A DNA stretch of 61,638 nt, the filler included, from Choristocarpus tenellus KU-1152 (Eukaryota; Protista; Phaeophyceae): NCBI GenBank assembly GCA_964200185.2. It is 9 parts of 9 records of this genome, joined end to end, with 100 filler letters (N's around TTAATTAATTAA, not from the genome) between each part and the next. Parts side by side here need not be neighbours in the genome. Positions count along the whole stretch, not along the records: positions 8,791 to 15,463 come from CAXNAD020007601.1; positions 15,564 to 34,499 come from CAXNAD020000505.1; 7 more parts are not named here. One strand, written 5' to 3'. Below, in pieces: positions 11,780-25,600 of this stretch (position 1 is its first letter; each line of letters starts with the position of its first letter). Under the pieces are notes generated by a model, which searched no databases, was not told the DNA's origin, and worked only from the letters and a program-made list of their open reading frames with translations. The translations under genes were made by a program, and so were the position numbers.

Positions 11780-13070
11780 TGATAAATTCTCATCTAAGGG
11801 AAGGGAGGACTTGTTGTTACCTGCCCCCGAGCTTTGCGCTATTCGAGGGTAAAGGGATTTGTCTGGTAAAAAGACTCAGGGAAAGGACTGTTGTGGTCGA
11901 GGAGCTGCTGGGAGGAGGCTCAGGAAGCTTAGCAATCGTTCTGCATCAAGTGGCTTCTCTCTAGGAGGGCGCTGGATATTGAGAGCAAGAATGGCGACCG
12001 TAGAGCAGTATTGCACGGTTCTCTTCAACAGCGATAAAGTGCAATCCGTTCAACAGGTATGGAGGTAGTTGTCTGGTTTGTGATTTTTTCGTCGGAGCTC
12101 CACGTGGGTCTCGAATGTTGGGGCTGGAGAGATGCCTGTTGGTCCGACAATTCTATTTTGTGCAACCACACCTTTGATTGGTACACTCGAGTGAGCGTAT
12201 TACCTTGCACTCTCGATCACAATTGATTGACCCTGTTCTATGAACTTGGTTGTCTTTAGTTGGATGTTATCACAACCTCGAAAATGAGCCCAATACAAAA
12301 ACAGTTGTGAAAACTCGAGGATGGTCCTTTCAAAAATATAGTTTAAATGATGATTCTCTTAACTTTGTGGGCTTGTTTTGAAGATCTCGGTTGCCTCGAT
12401 GTTGATGGTTTCAAGCAAATTAGAGTCGATTTTGAAGAGATTTCCCACACGATTGAGTGGTGGGACCGTGAAGTGTGCTGATGGGAGTTGTAACTTCCAC
12501 AAGAGCCATTGCATTGGGTTTGGTTAGGATGTGCGTGGATGTACCTTTGCCTGTTGGATGTGTATTATTGCCCTTCAAGATCGAGATGTTGTGTTAATGA
12601 TGTATTTCTTCTATCCTACTAGAGTTTGCATGTATAAATGCAACGCCTGGCATGATGTATATTGATGTTTGTGCTGAATTCAATTGAGCAGTGCAGGAAC
12701 TGACACCTCCGACCTCCCTAATATAGCCCTGAAAAGATACGCTGCATAACATATATTGTTTGTGCTGATACGTGCAGGAGGAGATCACGAATGATCTCGA
12801 ACAGCCTGCTGTATCGCTGAAGATCCGGGCCATGAAACAGGCTATTATTCTCCTCCTTTCGGGAGAACCGATGCCAAGGTGGGTCTCTCCCGTCCACACT
12901 ATACCCCCAAGTTCTGGAATACGATAGTACCAATTGTAATTCCTCTTGGATTGCCAACCTTGGTAGAAAAGAGTATTTGAACGTCTGTTCACCTTGTACG
13001 CCCAAGCGTTTGTCGATCCCCTCAAGTTTTCAGATGGATTTAGGGTAGTAGTCAGCTCTGACAACCGTGA
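11780..13070 (-). mobile_element. Probable heavily decayed LTR-retrotransposon (Gypsy-like pol) relic
   Basis: Broken frames with weak RT/RNase H-like spacing (SYSRTWGYSVDG, PGVAFIHANSS). Many stops. Confidence 0.3.
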
Positions 13071-13663
13071 ATGAAACCAATGGCAGTGCGATGGGATAGC
13101 TTAGACCGTCAGAAAAGCACCTTGTATCATCATGCTGATTGCTGTACCTTCATGAATATTGTTAGTGGCATTTCTTATTGATAAGGAAAATACGCATCCT
13201 GCCATGTCCTTGAGGCCAATTTACATCCATGGTTGCTGCCTTCTGCCCTTCCTCCCCCCCACCCCCTGACCTTCTTGCCCTCCCCAAATCTCTACCGAGA
13301 TTGATACATTTATAGGCACATGTGTTGTGCACCTTTGGTACTCCAACAGAGGTGTTGGCTGTTGACAGACCTCGTAGTTCCCGTTTGTTGGCATTATCAT
13401 TTTTACTTCTGTGTTCGTTAGGGTTAGGGCTCGGATTCTCGTTTTTTTTTCCCCCCCTCCCTGCATCGCCTGTTGCACTGTCTTCTTCCACACTACGGTA
13501 ATAGACATGCCCATCCAATGTATGTATGTATGTATGTATGTACCTACATCATTGAAGGCAGTGATGTTCTATCTTTCCCTAACCCTTCCTTCTCTCTATC
13601 AGGTTAATATGTTTGTTCCTTTTTTTGCTTCTGTTCTTTAAGGACAATACTGTATTGGGTGGT

Positions 13664-13830
13664 TTAGGGTTAGGGTTAGGGTTAGGGTTAGGACTGTATG
13701 AACGTGGCTCGATTTAGTAGTTTGTAGTGTGTTGCAGGCAACCTTAATTTCTTCCTTGTTTCTTTGTAGTGTATTGCAGGCAACCTTAATTTCTTCCTTG
13801 TATCTTTGCAAGGGTTAGGGTTAGGGTTAG
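13664..13830 (+). repeat. Interstitial (TTAGGG)n tracts flanking a ~44-bp direct duplication
   Basis: TTAGGG arrays at ~13664-13692 and ~13812-13830. TTTGTAGTGTRTTGCAGGCAACCTTAATTTCTTCCTTGT occurs twice between them. Confidence 0.85.
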
Positions 13831-14382
13831 CACTATCAGAAGGGGATTTGAGGGGAACTCTTTTGTTCAGGTGTTTCGATTTTGTTTATATTTACTTTTT
13901 TTTAACTCGTTTATCTGTAAATGATATGATATGATAGGATATAGATATAAAACATATAAAACAGTCACCGAAGATGATATGTTGTGTTTTTCGTATACTC
14001 TGTGATTCTACCTTGAAGATGATTTCCTTCATCCAATATGTCATCATATATATATACACACACTATTTTGTATTTTATTTTATTCGAGTACTGCAGTGTG
14101 TTGTTTTTTAAATGTGACAGGGACACTCCATTGGTTGTTAGTTCTGTCTGTTGAGTTATTCAGATGGTGGAGCGAGAGCAACCCCAAATGGCCATGTCAG
14201 TTACGTGAGTCATAAAAAAAAAAGGTTAGGGTTAGGGTCAGAGTTAGGGTTAGGGTTAGTATCACTTGGGAGTAAAAGTAAAATTGGCTCAAACGTTTCA
14301 ACCGCAGTATGTGTTGACTCCAACAACATTTTACACTTACAAAATTCCCGTCGATTTTTCGATTTTGATTCAAATTGCTATT

Positions 14383-14497
14383 CGATAAGAATATCAGAAG
14401 AGAGTGAATCGAATCTAAGATTCAACACCAATACAAACCGATAAGAATATCAGAAGAGAGTGAATCAAATCTAAGATTCAACACCAATGCAAACCGA
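14383..14497. repeat. 56-bp tandem duplication
   Basis: CGATAAGAATATCAGAAGAGAGTGAATC... x2 with 2 mismatches. Confidence 0.9.
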
Positions 14498-14647
14498 CCA
14501 GCTTTGCCGCCTTTCCACTTACTACTTAGAGACTGCCGACGCACACCTAACTTATTTTCTCGCGCAATGGAGTGTGTACAGCATTACACAGCTGCAATGG
14601 AGTGACACCCCTGTCGTGTACGATGATGTGACTTGACTCGCCTACAG

Positions 14648-14777
14648 GTTGCTGATGTCTGTGATCAAGGGTTGCCTGAAGGAGGACAGCAAGGAACTCA
14701 AGAAGCTTGTGATGATGTACTGGGAGGTTGTCAAGAAGTACGACGCTAGTGGGAAGCTCCTTCCGGAAATGATCCTG
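14648..14777 (+). CDS. COPB1: Coatomer subunit beta (beta-COP), single internal exon
   Basis: LLMSVIKGCLKEDSKELKKLVMMYWEVVKKYDASGKLLPEMIL matches the conserved beta-COP N-terminal segment (KKLL..FWE.V.K....G.LL.EMILVC). cag/gt borders. Confidence 0.9.
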
Positions 14778-15463
14778 GTTTGTTCTTTTATTTTCTTTTT
14801 TGGGGACTGTTGTGTTGGTTGTAGTGTACCCCTTGGTTTTAGATTCTCGTTACTCTCCCCATCTCTTTTCATGGTTAGGGTTAGGGTTAGTTTGTCGGGG
14901 GGGGGGGGGGGGGGTTTTACAATTTACAAGGTCCTGCCTGCCTCGGGTGTAACAAGATGGGAAGGGGGGGGGGTAGGGNNNNNNNNNNCTTTTTTTTTTT
15001 TTTTTTTCCTCTTCCCCCCCGTTTTTTTTTGTGGGGGGGGGGGGGGGGTGGTGGGGGGGGGGGGGGGGGGGGGGTTGTTTTACAATTTACAAGGTCCTGC
15101 CTGACTCAGGTGTAACAGAAAAGGATATAAAGTCAAGTCCTTCGGCCTCTCATGGTTCAGAAGCGGGTATTTTGTTTATTTTTATTTTTAGAAACTTTAT
15201 TATTTTTTTATTATTTAAAAAATCTAGTTTGTATTGTCACGGCATTTATTTATTTTTTAATCATTTAGCATTTTTCTAATTGATTTTTTTCATTTTGTTA
15301 GGGTTAGGGTTAGGGCTAATATTGTTGCAACAACATGTCGGTGTGTTGAACCCAAGTAATGCCTCCTTTTACTAGTGTTGCAGTCCCCCCCCCCCCCCCC
15401 CCCCCTTTTTTGTTCGTGTGGGGGGGCGGGCGGGGGGGGGGGGGGGGGGGAGGGGGGGGGGGG

Positions 15464-15563
15464 NNNNNNNNNNNNNNNNNNNNNNNNNNNNNNNNNNNNN
15501 NNNNNNNTTAATTAATTAANNNNNNNNNNNNNNNNNNNNNNNNNNNNNNNNNNNNNNNNNNNN
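15464..15563. other. Artificial contig linker
   Basis: N44-TTAATTAATTAA-N44. Confidence 0.98.
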
Positions 15564-15589
15564 CCCCAGATACTTTGAGCCAAACCAAA

Positions 15590-16516
15590 CAACAGCACAG
15601 TGCCAATGCCAAGTTCCACCCGTACATGAAGCGGGGGATCCTCGTCGGGCACGACAGGGCGTCACTGTGTTAGCACATGTGGATCCCGCAGGAAGGTATG
15701 CTGGTGACCTCCATGCAAGTGAAATTCCAGGCTGAAGCTGAACTGCTGGAATTGGTGTGGGAGCCAGAGCTGGACATAATGGGGGATTTGGAGCACGACG
15801 ATGCCATGAAGATCGATGGCGAAGGTGAAGAGGAGGCGTCCGCAATAGGGGGTGTGAGGCACACACGACTGGGCACGTGGGCGGGAGCACTGGGCGTGGG
15901 ACTCAAGATGCAAAGTGCTCTGCACCCCACCAAGGTCAACAGGTTTCTCCGAGGATGGGACAACGCCAGTGCATGGATAGGGCAGCGCAGATAGTGGACA
16001 AGCACCTGACCCCACACTCTGGACAGCAGGCATCTTCCCAGCTGGAGCAGTGCCAGCGGGTGGACTACACATCCCAGCTGTACGGCCTGGAGGAAGGCGA
16101 CAACACACGGGCATGAACCACTTCGTGTCAGCCCTCATTCAGCAGAGCAACGACGACGTGTACTGCCTTCTTGGTCTCGAGGGGGAGGTGGCAACAGGTG
16201 CAGACGAGCTGTCCACAACAAAGGAGGCCCTGGGGGGCCACATGCGGAGCAGTAGCAGGAGGCCATCGAGAAGGAAATGGAAGGGCTATGGCAGAAGGGG
16301 ACATTTGGCAAAGAGGCCCTACCTTAAGGGGGGAAGGCGATCAAGACGCGATTCATCTTCAAATCAAGCACTCCATGGGCGGGACGGTGGAATTCTATAA
16401 GGCGTGACTCGTGGCCCACGGCTTCACCCAAAACGCAGGCGTGGACTTCTTCGAAACCTTCAGCCTGGTGGTGGGGTATGACACACTACAGGGCGTCATG
16501 TCCATCGTAGGCAAGA
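15590..16516 (+). mobile_element. Decayed Ty1/Copia pol, 5' piece (integrase C-terminal region to RT start)
   Basis: Frameshifted peptide TTKEALGG.HAEQ*QEAIEKEMEGLWQKGTF...KAIKTRFIFK...YKA*LVAHGFTQNAGVDFFETFSLVVGYDTL is typical of RVT_2. The segment is GC-rich relative to the host. Confidence 0.88.
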
Positions 16517-17419
16517 ATCCCCCCATCTCCCCCAGCAGATCGTCGGGGTGGTACAGGAGCAGTGTCATTGACCTTCGAGCATCGTGTCAGCTCAGGCGAT
16601 TATGACGTTTCCTTTTTTAGGACAGTCCAGTTTCCTCTTCGCGTTCAACCGCTTGCGGGGTGGCCGCTTTCAAAAGAACAGTTCGGCAATGCCATCCATA
16701 TGGTTATTGCGCACAACGTCAACGAGTGTGCTAGAACCAATGTTGTGTCGTCCAGGCGGCTTCAGGATCTCCTGAGGCTCCAGGTCTGTGGGTACACTGC
16801 TGATCATGTACGACTTGTCAGAAACCGTATCACTCATACCCAACATTTGAGGAAAACCAATTTTGATATTCCACTACAAGTATAGGTCCTAAAGATAAGA
16901 CTTACTACTGTTTTTATTTTCATATGGTATGTTGCAATCACTCTTCACCCTTGTCAATACAACCTTGAATCTATCTCCTGAAAGTATTGAAAAATGATTA
17001 ATATCTCAAGAGAAAATTGATGCATCACTACTGTACACTCTTTTTCGATCACATCCACGTAACCCCGAAAAAATGGCCAAGTGTTTACATTGCCACTTTG
17101 TAATGTCTCTTCTGAACCACCTATAGTGTTGGCAGTCGCCTCAAGGATAAGACCGGTCTTGATTTTTTTCGAAAAGGTTGGCCAATGAGTTAATCGACGT
17201 TCATCATATCGAACGAAAGCTCTTGATCTAAGCTACGATTTCCAGAGGGAAATTCTTTGTCAAAACTATTTTGGTAAGGTTAAATTATAACGGAATGTTT
17301 TCGGCATAACCTTGAAAATGTTTCAGAATGAATATCACGACCAAAACCATTCTTACCGAAGAATTTATTTCTGCAAATCAATAGCTTAGATCAAGAGCTT
17401 TCATTCAATACAGAGGTAC
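16517..17419. mobile_element. ~900-bp unclassified insertion nested in the Copia RT, with a ~200-bp imperfect palindrome at its right end
   Basis: The Copia frame reads SIVGK before the insert and RGWNIEALDF after it. Perfect 21-bp inverted repeat at 17215-17235 / 17382-17402. Confidence 0.7.
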
Positions 17420-18040
17420 AGAGGTTGGAACATCGAAGCCCTGGACTTCACGCAGGCCTACCTCAATGCAGAACTACAGAAGGGTGCATGGCTGGAGCTT
17501 CCGAACAGCCACACCATCAAGGTAGAGAAGGTCATCTATGGGCCGAAGCAGTCAGTCATAGAGTGGTATCACGAGCTACGCGGCACCATCCTGGCAGAAG
17601 GGTGGACGAGCAGCCAACATGACGAGTGCCTCTACTTCAGGAAGAGTGAAGACGGACGCATTGCCATCCTCACCACATATGTGGACGACACTTCCACCAT
17701 CGGGGACTTCACGGAGGAGATCCAGGGGATGAGGGCATCGCTGCTGGAGAAGTACGAGAGGTGGGGGGACCTTGGCACACTGGACAAGTTGATTGGGGTG
17801 GGCATCACTGTGGGTGCGGACAGCATCACCCTGGACCAACAGCTATACGCGGAGAGCATCGTCATGGTCGGGATGGGCTCCACAGAAGTGTGGGACACAT
17901 CTACACCGCTTGACCCCGACATGGATCTCTCTGCCAGGCACGACAATGAGGAGGAACTGAATCCCACCATCTACCAGCATCCTCGGTCAACTCATGTTTC
18001 TAGCAGGCATGACTCGCCCAGAGGCCAACAGGGTTTGTGA
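17420..18040 (+). mobile_element. Decayed Ty1/Copia reverse transcriptase, 3' piece
   Basis: GWNIEALDFTQAYLNAEL...VIYGPKQSVIEWY...DECLYF...ILTTYVDD...DLGTLDKLIGV...LDQQLYAESI: RVT_2 motifs including YVDD. Confidence 0.92.
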
Positions 18041-19606
18041 ACTGGGGAGCAGACACAAAGTGGAGAAAGTTTGTGTGAAAGTAGTATTTTCGTTTGTTGT
18101 CGTTTATTCCTACCTATATTATTCTGTGTAACATACTTACTGAACCTACATATAGGACATATATCTGTAGTAGTCGTGATAGTACAGGACCCGGTTTAGG
18201 CTGTTATGCAGCAAGCAGAACAGTAAAAAACAATATCTAATCTAAATCTGCCTACTACACCCACAACCCACCATGATCCTTAATATTTATATGCAGCTAC
18301 AAGAATTTGAGGTGACTCACAGGAGGGAGCAAAAAATTATTGAACGCAAAGGATCACTAATAGTACTAACAACACTGTTTATGATATAGGGGAGACTGAT
18401 CAGATTGGAGGTTCAGCTGCAGGTTTGGGTGTTGCATTGTGAGGTAAAAAATTGGAGCAACGACCAAGCAAGCCTTGTTTGTGAGTCTTCGACTGTTCTT
18501 TGCCAAAACGGGGTCCATAACATCCAGTGATAATTTTGGAAGTCCTAATCACTCAAGACTCTGCCAGACCTTGAATCACACTGTACTGGGAGATGGAGTG
18601 TGACACCTGCATTCAGTCAGTTTGAAGTCAGAGGTCTAGGTCGACCCAGGAAGACAATATGGTTACGATGCTAAAGGTTTCATAATATGTATCCTTCCCC
18701 AGACTCTAGATAATTAAACCTACCGTGTATCAGTTCTGGGTAGCAATGTGAAATTGTCTAGGGGAGTGATGAGTCGTGACACACTCAGTTTCTCCATCAA
18801 CAGAGCAATGAGAGGCTTGTACTATGAAATGTTGCAAGTGATAAATAATATTCTTATTGAGCACTTCTATAGACTGAAAAATCTCATAAATACTTGTTGA
18901 GGAAAGACCTCAACACATGGACACGGCATAGATAGGATTATAGAGTCTCGTCGAGGTTATCAACACACAAAAAGGGGACGACAATGAGAAAAAGTCCCTA
19001 AAAATTATCTGAAGGGAAGATAAAAAAAGCAACATCATGTCAAAACCAAGCAAATATGAAGGCAAAGGGGATGGTCCAAATGTATCAAATACAGGACCAT
19101 CACTCATCAGTTTTAAGTAGAACCAAATAATCGTCAAAGGAAACTCCTGAAACTGCAGTCTTATTGAGTGTACAAAAAACAAATAGAGATGACCAGTAAG
19201 CTCATAGACACCAACCAGGAGCATGGCAACAAATGTTCCAAGGAGGATACTAGGTCCAGGAATGTTTCACTTTTTTCCAAACCAACACCATATAAAGATA
19301 TTCTGCATGACAATCGTTCAAAGTAGATGGTGCCAATTTTGCAGGGGTGGACAAGGAGGTCTCGCCAAGCAGCAAAAAAAGTATGGAAAAGTCACATATC
19401 ATGAGGGTTACCTACCACATCGTCAATACAGGTGTAGCCTTTGGCAGAACAGATACTGATGGTGACATCCATTATCATCTGAGATGCATGTGCATTCTCC
19501 AAACTCCCTCCCTCCAACACCTCATCACTCACTCCATCATATCCTGCTGGAAAGTTGGCTAGGAAATGCATGCCTAAACAAAGTATCATAACACTCCCTT
19601 CAAAAA

Positions 19607-22600
19607 TTACCTATCCCTTCCTTCCTCAATATCTCCCCCTCGAGCCTGCCGCCTCAGCAACCCAGACTCCTCCACTAAATCATCTGCTCCTTCCTCCATT
19701 CCTATCCCCCCCCCCACTCCCTCCCTGGAAACCCCTGAAAGATTCCTCAATCCCACTTCTTGTTCTCTATCTCTCCCAGTCATTGGTACCTCTGGACCTT
19801 CTCGCCCTACTCCTACACGACCCCCATCCCCATCCCCCACATTTCTGGCCTGTGTCCCCCCAGGGCGATCTGGGATGTTGTTGCCATATATTCCAAGAGC
19901 AGATGCAGTTGGGGGTATGAAGAGAGACCACATGGGAGGTAGTGCAGCACTCCAAGCAGGCCCTGCATGGGGAGGGACCAAGGGGAGTAAAGTACTGTGG
20001 AGTGAAGAGTACCAACAGAAAGTCGAAGTGATATAATACAGGGTCCTGATCCTGACTGCAAGGTCGGGGACTGGTGGTTGGAGTAGGAGGGGTTAAGCGT
20101 TGGGCCAATCAAATTAAATCTGATTTGTTGCGTACAAATCAATTTCTGACAAATCAACGGTCGTTCCAGTCATAAACCTGAGTTACGCACATTGGGGTAC
20201 ATCCTCACAACTTATTTGGGGCACACTCTTTCACTTATGAATCACAATCATTTGTACATATTTCTGAGGGTGTTGTGGGATTAACCTTCCAACAACCCGA
20301 TGAGATGTTGACAAATCAACACACTGCGATTCATCCGTACAACTTGCGCTCACGAGCACAAACAATTGTAGAGGAGTTCAAATCAAATCCATGAATTCAT
20401 ACCAACAAACGACTTGCACATGTCTTGCAGGTAGGAGAGTGGTACACACAAATATTTGTACAATTTCTGTAGATGGGAGAGAGAGGAATAACAAAATTTC
20501 CCACACAGTTGAGAGAGGATGAGTTGTGCCAACAAATACGTGCACGTTTGTGCACAGGGAGTAATGGTACCATTACGCAACATGCGAGGACTGAGACACC
20601 GATATACCAGTAGATTTCATTATTCAATGGACTATTTGATACAACAAGGGAACCAAGCACTGTATGGAATTATAGTATCAATAGTAGTAAGCTATCATAT
20701 TCAAACACAAATTATTGTTTTCCTGTTAAAATTGGAACAACGTAAGATTTGAATGTTATTGTTCTTTCCTATTAAATTACACTGTAAAGATTTACATGTG
20801 ACGATGAGGTAGGGACAGATCAGCAATGCACGATTATCTTCTCTCGAGGCATAGGGACAAATTGTTTATACATGATAAAATTCGAAGGGATATCTGCAAA
20901 TCATGTGCACATGGTAACCAACAACCTTAGATCAACAAATCGGAATTTGTACATAATTCCCCAACATTGAGTTGTATTCAGTACATGATTGGTGGTACAA
21001 GATTCCTGGGTAGAAGTGATTTTTACATTATCGCCACTCCTTCAACTTTGACTTACAAATATTTGAACATATTTTCATCTACTGACTTGTGAAGCGCAAA
21101 TGAGTTCAATCGTGATCTGTCTGGAAAGGGTACACCACTCACATGGCAGCTCCACATATTGTGCCCTTGGCTGCTCATAGGTGATCTCCCCCCTGGCAAA
21201 GGCAGGGACCTCAAGCTCGGAGAGCACAAACATCTTGCAGTGAAGCAGCATGATCATGTTGATGCCAGCAGCAAGGCTAAAGAAGCCCATGGGGAAGTAG
21301 TAGAAGTACAAATGGAATAAAATAAAATAAAGAGCCGTAGCGCGAGGAAAGAAGTGAATAGTGGCATGACATCGGACAAATATCAAAGAGAAGTACTCCC
21401 ATAGCATCACCATCGCATACAACCACACCTGCTGATCGGAGTGTTGGGGGCAAGGGGGAGGTACAATGGCCGCTGAGTCTTGAACATTGTGCAATCTAAT
21501 CTCATTTGAAACTTTACCAAGTACCAAACTGACTGGTTTGAAGCAACAATACCAAATGTCTACTATTACTATCAGGTACAAACTCTGCAAAGCAAAGGGA
21601 ATCGGAAAAACACGTGTCACAATGTCTCGATATCACAATAATATAGTTACGATACAGCGGGCTCCAACTCTAAGTCCGCATACATGGGTAACTCTCAAGC
21701 GTTCACCATAGGTTTGTATTGGGACATTTTAGCACCCTGTTGCTCTTCTCGGTAACTGTTAGGGGGTGGGGGGAGTGGGGAAATCAGATCCTAAGGGCTA
21801 AGTTCCTCAATAGTATGACTAAATGAAGTAAAAAAAAAATGCAAAAAACACCAGTTTTTTGGTACAGAGAAGATGTAGGAGGTGCTTTGAAATATTTCAC
21901 CAAAAGCTATACAACTTCTCTAGCTCACGGATCGCCTTCATGGCGCTGTAAACAGTCAATAAATAGAATCATGTCTGCATCAAAATGGCTTCCAACAGCA
22001 TATAGCTACTAGATTGATACCCCTTATCTTCTCCCTAACATTGAACAAATAGATAGTACGCAATGTCTTGCAGCCAACAAAATATCAAGGCCGTTTTAGA
22101 AGCGACCCCACTCTTCCCAGTACATTGGAAATAAAATAAAAATAAAACGACATCAAAGAGATTCTTGTTTTTTTATTCTATACCTCATTGGGCTTGTGTT
22201 TCTTACCTGCAGAGTGTTGGTCATGGACTTGTCATATAGCCAAACAGACCATGCCAGAAGGCAGGCATTATATACAGAGTAATACACAACCACCTTGGAG
22301 AGGCAAGCACAGTGTGTTGGGAGAACAGAGCCAAACAAGGAGTCAGGGTTTTTGATACGATGAAAAGCGCAGAGGATGAACCTTGCTCAGAGGGGCCAAA
22401 CAAGCAGGACAATATATCTCATCCATAATGGAGACTTAGACAATTGCAGGTGGAGGAAAGGGAAGGTAAGATGTCTCATACAAGAGGAGCAAAGTGAGAT
22501 GCATCTCAGGTGATTCAAACAAAATTAGTTCCCGTGTAAGATTTCCACACGAGCTGTGAAGGGTGTAGAGCACGTTTGTGATCATTAGGGTGGAGTGAGT

Positions 22601-25600
22601 GCCAAGAAGAATAACCGCTCTTAAATATAAAAAAGAATAAATATAAAAGAGTGTCGTGATGGAGCAACACCAATTTATAAAATAAAAATAACCACTGCAA
22701 ACAGGAAAAAACATCAATAAAAAATTTAAAAAGAATACAAAGTTGAACCGGAGGATCTACAGGTGTCGCACAAGAAAGTGGTGCAGGCAAAAGGACACCA
22801 GCAAGGACAAAATAACACGCATACAGCACACAAAGTATTGCCCCGCTGTCCTCTGTCTTGCACAATGAAAATACCTCTGTGTCTGACTCCAAAAAAGGTG
22901 CTTTCACCTACACTTTACTTTGTGTTCTATGTTGTAGTGTCAGGGGTAGAGATAGGTAATACCTCAAGCAATGTCACCACAAACAGCAAAGAGCTTTTCG
23001 TACACCAACCCAACCACTTCTGATTTCACCTCATACTTCATGTGGGTCCATTGAGCTCTAGAGCTTGCTCTTCCCCAAGTCCATAACCACTACAAGGCTG
23101 CAAGGAAAAATGGGTTCACATTGATAAACTCAAGAACATCCTCCTACCTGAGCAAGGTGGCCCATAATAAATGGAACAACAGGCTTATTATTCCTCCTCA
23201 GGGCCTCTATGGGCATCCCGAGCCACGGGTATGATACAATCAACACCTGGCAAGAAGTAAGGGTGAGTCAGGGTGAAGGGGGGGGGTGAATGATTGCCCA
23301 AGAGCCGGTCATTGCATTGGCAAGTCAATGCAAGGCAGGGAACAGTAGAAGGAGTGAGGGATGAGCTCCCAACGTGTAACCATAACCAGGGTGTCTCGGC
23401 TCACCAGTGCACCAAACAAAATATCAAAGTCCATACATACGCAATAGCAAGGTGTTGACTCAAAGTCACCAATCCATTCAACCCTTGCTACGAATAGAAC
23501 AGCCTTATAATTCCAAGCAAAACAAATTCAAGAGAAAAAAGGTTCCACCGTGTCATGACAAAAAAAAAAAAAACAGCGACACGGATCCACTCAAGTTTCA
23601 GCTCGATCAACTCCAAGGTCAACTAACAGTCAACTAATAGTCCAATCAAGGAGGGTTCCTGTGCGTGTTTCTACTCTTCCTCGGCCTCAAACGGCACAAG
23701 AGTGACCCCACTACTTCCAAGTCCTGCCCAATGGCGGCATCTCACACACCTCTTGACCTTTTTTAGAATTCAAGGGACAGTGCAGATTCAAGCGTGTGAG
23801 AAAAAAATGAGTACGAATGCTACGGTCCAAATGCGGTAACACCTTCAAGATCACACATACACCAGTACTAGCAAGAGCAGAAGAGTCATTTGACTCCTTA
23901 AGTTTTTTCCAAGGTTTGTTAATGTGTTCTTAAAAGGCTGACAGAATATATCAAAATCTTAAGGTCTCGAGCATCTCCCCCATCAAGCATAGGTTCTCTT
24001 TCACCGCTCACAGCGACGATCACACCCAGTCCTTCCTCCCAAGTCCATGAGGGGAGGGAGGGGAGGTGAGGAGGCAAGAGCCTTGAAGTTGAAGACAAAG
24101 AGGCACCGTTAGCATTAAATATCCAACAAAAATACATACTAACATTCGTGCCAAAATAGATTGGACCAGGTACAGGAGGAGGGAACACAGAAGAGGTTGA
24201 GACACTCACATTCATATTGATCCTGGCAAATCCCATCCGCTCCCCGAGTCGCACCCTCTCCATTAGAAGGATGATGGGAAACACAATAACAATCCCAGAG
24301 CTGAGCAAGGTGCGGACGGTCAGCGCAGTCACAGTAGACATGAGGACAAATGCCACCACAGCCCGGAAAAGAACCACCATCTTGTTTCCCAGCAACAATA
24401 CCCAACTCCTTCCCTGCACTGGGATGGAATCTTCATACCACCACCACTCCTCCTCACTCTTCAGTGCAGATGGCAAGCAATTAAATTGGGGTTTGAGGTT
24501 ACAAGGGCAAAACAACAGAGACATTCATGAGTGCCCCTATGAATACATATGCTCACACACACACTCAAAACTATCTTCCTACATCTGTTCAACAATGACA
24601 TTCATCCACCATACCCGAATTACCCACCAAGATGTTCTTGAGCATGCCTTTTGAGCGCAACGAGAACATGAACATGTTCGCCATTGCGACATCATATCCA
24701 ACCACCCACCCGAGAAGAAAGTCCACCACACCCCCAGACCTCGGCATGCAGTCCTTTGGGTCCACAGTAAAATTGACCTGGAAATGTCATGCAAGGGCAG
24801 AAATAGAGTTCACTGATATGCTCTTTACCCCTACTGAGTTACAACATCCATGAGCATTTCTTGTTACCTTGAATAGGATAAAAAGTTGTGTGGATACAGC
24901 AAGAATGGCAGGGTGCTTCTAAATGACTGCTACCTCTTCAGACTGCAAAAGACAATACCACAGAACCACAGGAATGATGCTAATGGAACCTGAGTCCAGG
25001 AGTACGTTGGATTGTTCAAAAAGGAGGTAGTTCGTTGAAACCTTCTCACCCATTGGAAGGAGTGCTCTTCTCTGATCGAGTGTGGAAGCAAGAGTACCAT
25101 TGGCTCGAAGGCAAACGTATAGTCCGCTAAGAAGCTTGTGCATGCCAGGGGGGGAGGGCAGAGAATCAGGAAATGGAGAGTGAGGCAGATGTAGAAAGAA
25201 GAGGAGAAATGTGGTTGCTTAGTTTGGCTCGGCAAAAGTGGGAAATTTCGCCAAACCTGGGCCTTTCTCCAGATTGAAGAATACTCCAGGAAGACATGCT
25301 CTACTTTCAAAGCTCACCCGGTATCATTGGCAGAAGAGACGTTATCGAAGGACTGCGAATAACTGTCGCCATCGCCTGCCCCCCCCCCCACCGGATATCC
25401 CCTCAATCCGTACTCCTGTATTGCCACGCCAATGAGGACATCCCGCGATATTGAGTTCCCTGTTGGAAGGATAACTTGCCCACTATCATCAGTGTTGTTA
25501 TCTCCGTTACCCAACTCCCATCCCTCAGGAACGTCGATGGAGCCGACGGTGTTATTGATTGTTATTGGCCCTTCTCCAGAATTTCGGGATGCTCCTGACT

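Noticed and set aside
14897-15116. Duplicated ~45-bp segment with poly-G either side of a 10-N gap
   Set aside because: Likely a scaffolding or homopolymer artefact.
18300-19560. Possible DIRS recombinase (LCRVHVLRSFL) or LINE RT (PAGYDGVSDEVL) relic on the minus strand
   Set aside because: The motifs are isolated, weak and point to different element classes, so no supportable call can be made.
20305-21060. Decayed ORF (HPYNLRSRAQ...) in a membralin intron as a possible viral relic
   Set aside because: Stop density is not clearly below chance and there is no recognisable family motif.
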